From: a virus
Taxonomy: Duplodnaviria; Heunggongvirae; Uroviricota; Caudoviricetes
Virus record (IMG/VR): IMGVR_UViG_3300002220_006883
DNA: 17,400 nucleotides
Direction: 5' to 3' (one strand)
How positions within the stretch are numbered: position 1 is the first letter of the stretch; the number at the start of each line of letters is the position of its first letter. Both the position numbers and the translations under genes were made by a program. Below, in pieces: positions 15,437 to 17,400 of the stretch. The notes beneath the pieces are model-generated. The model was given only the letters and a program-made list of their open reading frames with translations. It did not search any database and had not been told where the DNA came from.

Positions 15437-15465
15437 ATGATATAAGTTTATTGTTTAAAAATCAA
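15437..15465 (-). promoter_or_regulatory. sigma70-like promoter for guaC-PRTase
   Basis: TTGATT (15465-15460), 17 nt, TATCAT (15442-15437), then SD AAGGA and ATG 15409. Confidence 0.55.
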
Positions 15466-15476
15466 GAAATTTAATT

Positions 15477-15884
15477 TTAATAGTTTTCTTCTAAAAATTT
15501 TTTTAGTTTTTCTAATTTAGAAAGACTTTGGACAATGGATTCCTCTATGTTCTTTTTATCTTTTATCATAATTGCTATTTGAAATACTTCTAGCCAAGAT
15601 AAAGAAAGACCATTACTTTCTTTGTATTCATAAATTACTTTTATTTCTTTATTAAATTTATTTGTAAATTCACCTATGGTATATTCTGGTCCTTTAAATA
15701 AATTAGTCTTTAACTTCTTAAATAAAATTGTTTTTCTATACTCTAAATTTTCGGATAAACCAATTAATACATGTGGTTCATCAACAAAATTATTTTTAAT
15801 AAATTGCTCTTTGATAGTTAAAAAACCTGCTAATAATTCTACTCCACCAACATTGTGAAATAAATAAATATGATCATCTTTCAT
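15477..15884 (-). CDS. Hypothetical protein
   Basis: 135-aa ORF with a perfect SD GGGAGG 7 nt upstream of the ATG. Confidence 0.8.
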   Translation of the reverse strand: MKDDHIYLFHNVGGVELLAGFLTIKEQFIKNNFVDEPHVLIGLSENLEYRKTILFKKLKTNLFKGPEYTIGEFTNKFNKEIKVIYEYKESNGLSLSWLEVFQIAIMIKDKKNIEESIVQSLSKLEKLKKFLEENY

Positions 15885-15911
15885 AAAAAAACCTCCCGTT
15901 TAGAGAGGTTT
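15885..15911 (-). terminator. Intrinsic terminator-like hairpin that contains the downstream gene's SD
   Basis: Minus-strand RNA AAACCUCUC-UAAAC-GGGAGGUUU forms a 9-bp stem with one U-G pair and runs into a U7 tract directly before the AUG. Confidence 0.7.
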
Positions 15912-15938
15912 AATAAATAAAACAAAAAAAGTAAAGAA

Positions 15939-16739
15939 TTAAAATTTAAACTGGTCAAGTTTAACTTTACTATTTTTCTCCAAGAACATATGTTCTTTAG
16001 GAAAGTGTTTTTCTGAAAATTTAGGATCAATTTTTCTAATTTGCTCAACAACCATAACAGATGGATTTTTCTCTAAATCTTTAAGGTCTTCAACAATATT
16101 TTGATTTGGATAATTTTTTAAAGATAAATTGATTTGACGATACGCAGTTGGAATCATTTCTTTCATCATTATCATTGTTGCAGCAAACTGATCTTTTTCT
16201 ACATTGTTAGTGTGACTAACTCTACCAGACATTCCATCAGGCATATTAAATGCTCCTAATACTTCAATGTTTGCAACTGAATCCTTTAATCTAGATACAC
16301 AAACTTCATTTAAAGTTTTTCTACCAATTTCAACACGGTCTAAATTATCATCTCTATCCATTTGTCTTTCAAGCATTTTATCTACAAACATCATGTAGTT
16401 TTGTTGTTTTTTGTCAGCATTACCATTTTGAACAGCCTTTTGAGCATCTATTAATCCATCATAATCTAATCCATTAATTAATTCAGAAAACTTTTGACCA
16501 TATTCTGAACTTTTTAATCCTTTATTTACTTGCTCTTTAACAATATCTAAAGCTTCAACCTTATAGGTTCCAGCATCAATACCTAATCTAACCTTATCTT
16601 CAACAACTTCTAAGGCAGTTTTTCTAAACATATCCTCAGTTATTTGAAATGATGGAAACTGAAAACTTAGTGGAATAATTTTACCTTTATTAAAACTGTT
16701 TTCACAAAAATCTTGAACTACTTTTAAATGATTTCCCAT
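15939..16739 (-). CDS. Hypothetical protein
   Basis: 266-aa ORF with codon usage like its neighbours and AAGG upstream. No family recognised. Confidence 0.8.
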   Translation of the reverse strand: MGNHLKVVQDFCENSFNKGKIIPLSFQFPSFQITEDMFRKTALEVVEDKVRLGIDAGTYKVEALDIVKEQVNKGLKSSEYGQKFSELINGLDYDGLIDAQKAVQNGNADKKQQNYMMFVDKMLERQMDRDDNLDRVEIGRKTLNEVCVSRLKDSVANIEVLGAFNMPDGMSGRVSHTNNVEKDQFAATMIMMKEMIPTAYRQINLSLKNYPNQNIVEDLKDLEKNPSVMVVEQIRKIDPKFSEKHFPKEHMFLEKNSKVKLDQFKF

Positions 16740-16773
16740 TTTAATGACCTTTTATTTTTATTTTTATATATTT

Positions 16774-16801
16774 ATTTTACCAAATGTTTTTTAAAAGGCA
16801 A
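16774..16801 (-). promoter_or_regulatory. Possible sigma70-like promoter (extended -10)
   Basis: TTGCCT (16801-16796), 16 nt, TAAAAT (16779-16774) preceded by TGn; upstream of ATG 16739. Confidence 0.45.
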
Positions 16802-16820
16802 ATATTGTAATTTTTTAAAA

Positions 16821-16849
16821 TTGACATTGATTTTTAATATAGGTATAAT
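16821..16849 (+). promoter_or_regulatory. Perfect consensus sigma70 promoter
   Basis: TTGACA (16821-16826), 17 nt, TATAAT (16844-16849), with an AT-rich upstream tract. GGAA precedes ATG 16870. Confidence 0.88.
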
Positions 16850-16869
16850 TTTTAAAAATTGGAACACAA

Positions 16870-17400
16870 ATGTATAAAGATAACCCAAAAATAATCTCTT
16901 TTCTTAAGGATTGCACACAATACAATGTGTTGCATGAAAAGAGTGTTTCTGATTCAAAAATTGAACACTATTTTATGTTAGTAACAAAACAAGATACATT
17001 ACATACTATTATTGAAGATTGTTTGAATGAATATGAAAAAAATTACCCAATTAAAGATTTGTCAAAAATATCTACACAATATATAAGTTCAAAGAAAAAA
17101 GAATATCATTACATTTATTTAGATAAGTTAGACAAAACAGATGTATTTTTTTTAGAAAAAGAAAAAGTTCTAAAAGAAAATGCCCATAATATTCTTGCTT
17201 TAAAAATCATAGGTGAAACAATAGATTTACAGAAACATTTGGAGATAAATGCAATCAAATATCTGTCTCAATTTAAAGAAATATCAAAATCAATGGGGAT
17301 TATTGCTAAAGAAGAACTATTTAAAAAAATCCAAGAAAATAAACCAGTAGTAAGGGAAACTTTTAATAAAATTAAGCAAAAAATAAAAAATAGAGGATAA
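16870..17400 (+). CDS. Hypothetical protein
   Basis: 176-aa ORF downstream of a consensus promoter; the TAA stop is the last codon of the window. Confidence 0.8.
   Translation: MYKDNPKIISFLKDCTQYNVLHEKSVSDSKIEHYFMLVTKQDTLHTIIEDCLNEYEKNYPIKDLSKISTQYISSKKKEYHYIYLDKLDKTDVFFLEKEKVLKENAHNILALKIIGETIDLQKHLEINAIKYLSQFKEISKSMGIIAKEELFKKIQENKPVVRETFNKIKQKIKNRG

Noticed and set aside
1398-15858. Short opposite-strand ORFs in the track (1398-1847, 4361-4558, 4983-5165, 6165-6392, 7210-7440, 9058-9279, 11856-12050, 14673-14891, 15676-15858)
   Set aside because: Each lies wholly antisense within a longer, better-supported gene, lacks a clear SD or motif, and has the Phe/Leu/Ser-rich composition typical of shadow frames in AT-rich DNA.
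1-17400. Alternative genetic code (TGA or TAG recoding, as in Mycoplasma, Gracilibacteria or some large phages)
   Set aside because: Long ORFs tile the window under code 11, conserved enzymes are full length, Trp is TGG, and the single TGA stop noticed (9483) is followed by TAA three codons later.

Overview
A very AT-rich (roughly a quarter G+C by eye, not computed), gene-dense window with about 18 CDSs in short blocks of alternating orientation. It uses the standard bacterial code (Trp is TGG, almost all stops are TAA), Shine-Dalgarno sites and several near-consensus sigma70 promoters. No rRNA, tRNA, CRISPR, IS or virion genes are visible. Recognisable products are an ankyrin-like repeat protein, a Pol-beta nucleotidyltransferase (PF10127/RlaP-like), a calcineurin-like metallophosphoesterase, a secreted HExxH protein, AMP nucleosidase, a secreted NucA-like nuclease homologue that appears catalytically dead, a class-3 lipase, a divergent phosphoribosyltransferase with an extra C-terminal domain, and GMP reductase. 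These sit among many orphan ORFs. The mix best fits an accessory or auxiliary-metabolism region of a large (jumbo) phage or similar element. This is inference, because no hallmark phage gene lies in the window. The main leads are: (i) a conserved palindrome family, AAGCCTTGR-N3-YCAAGGCTT, at three of four convergent gene junctions; (ii) an amn + PRTase + guaC purine-rebalancing set; (iii) a NucA-like pseudo-enzyme; (iv) a shared Lys-rich C-terminal tail on unrelated proteins; (v) a terminator hairpin that buries the next gene's Shine-Dalgarno site; and (vi) a >=359-codon ORF at the left edge that the ORF track missed.
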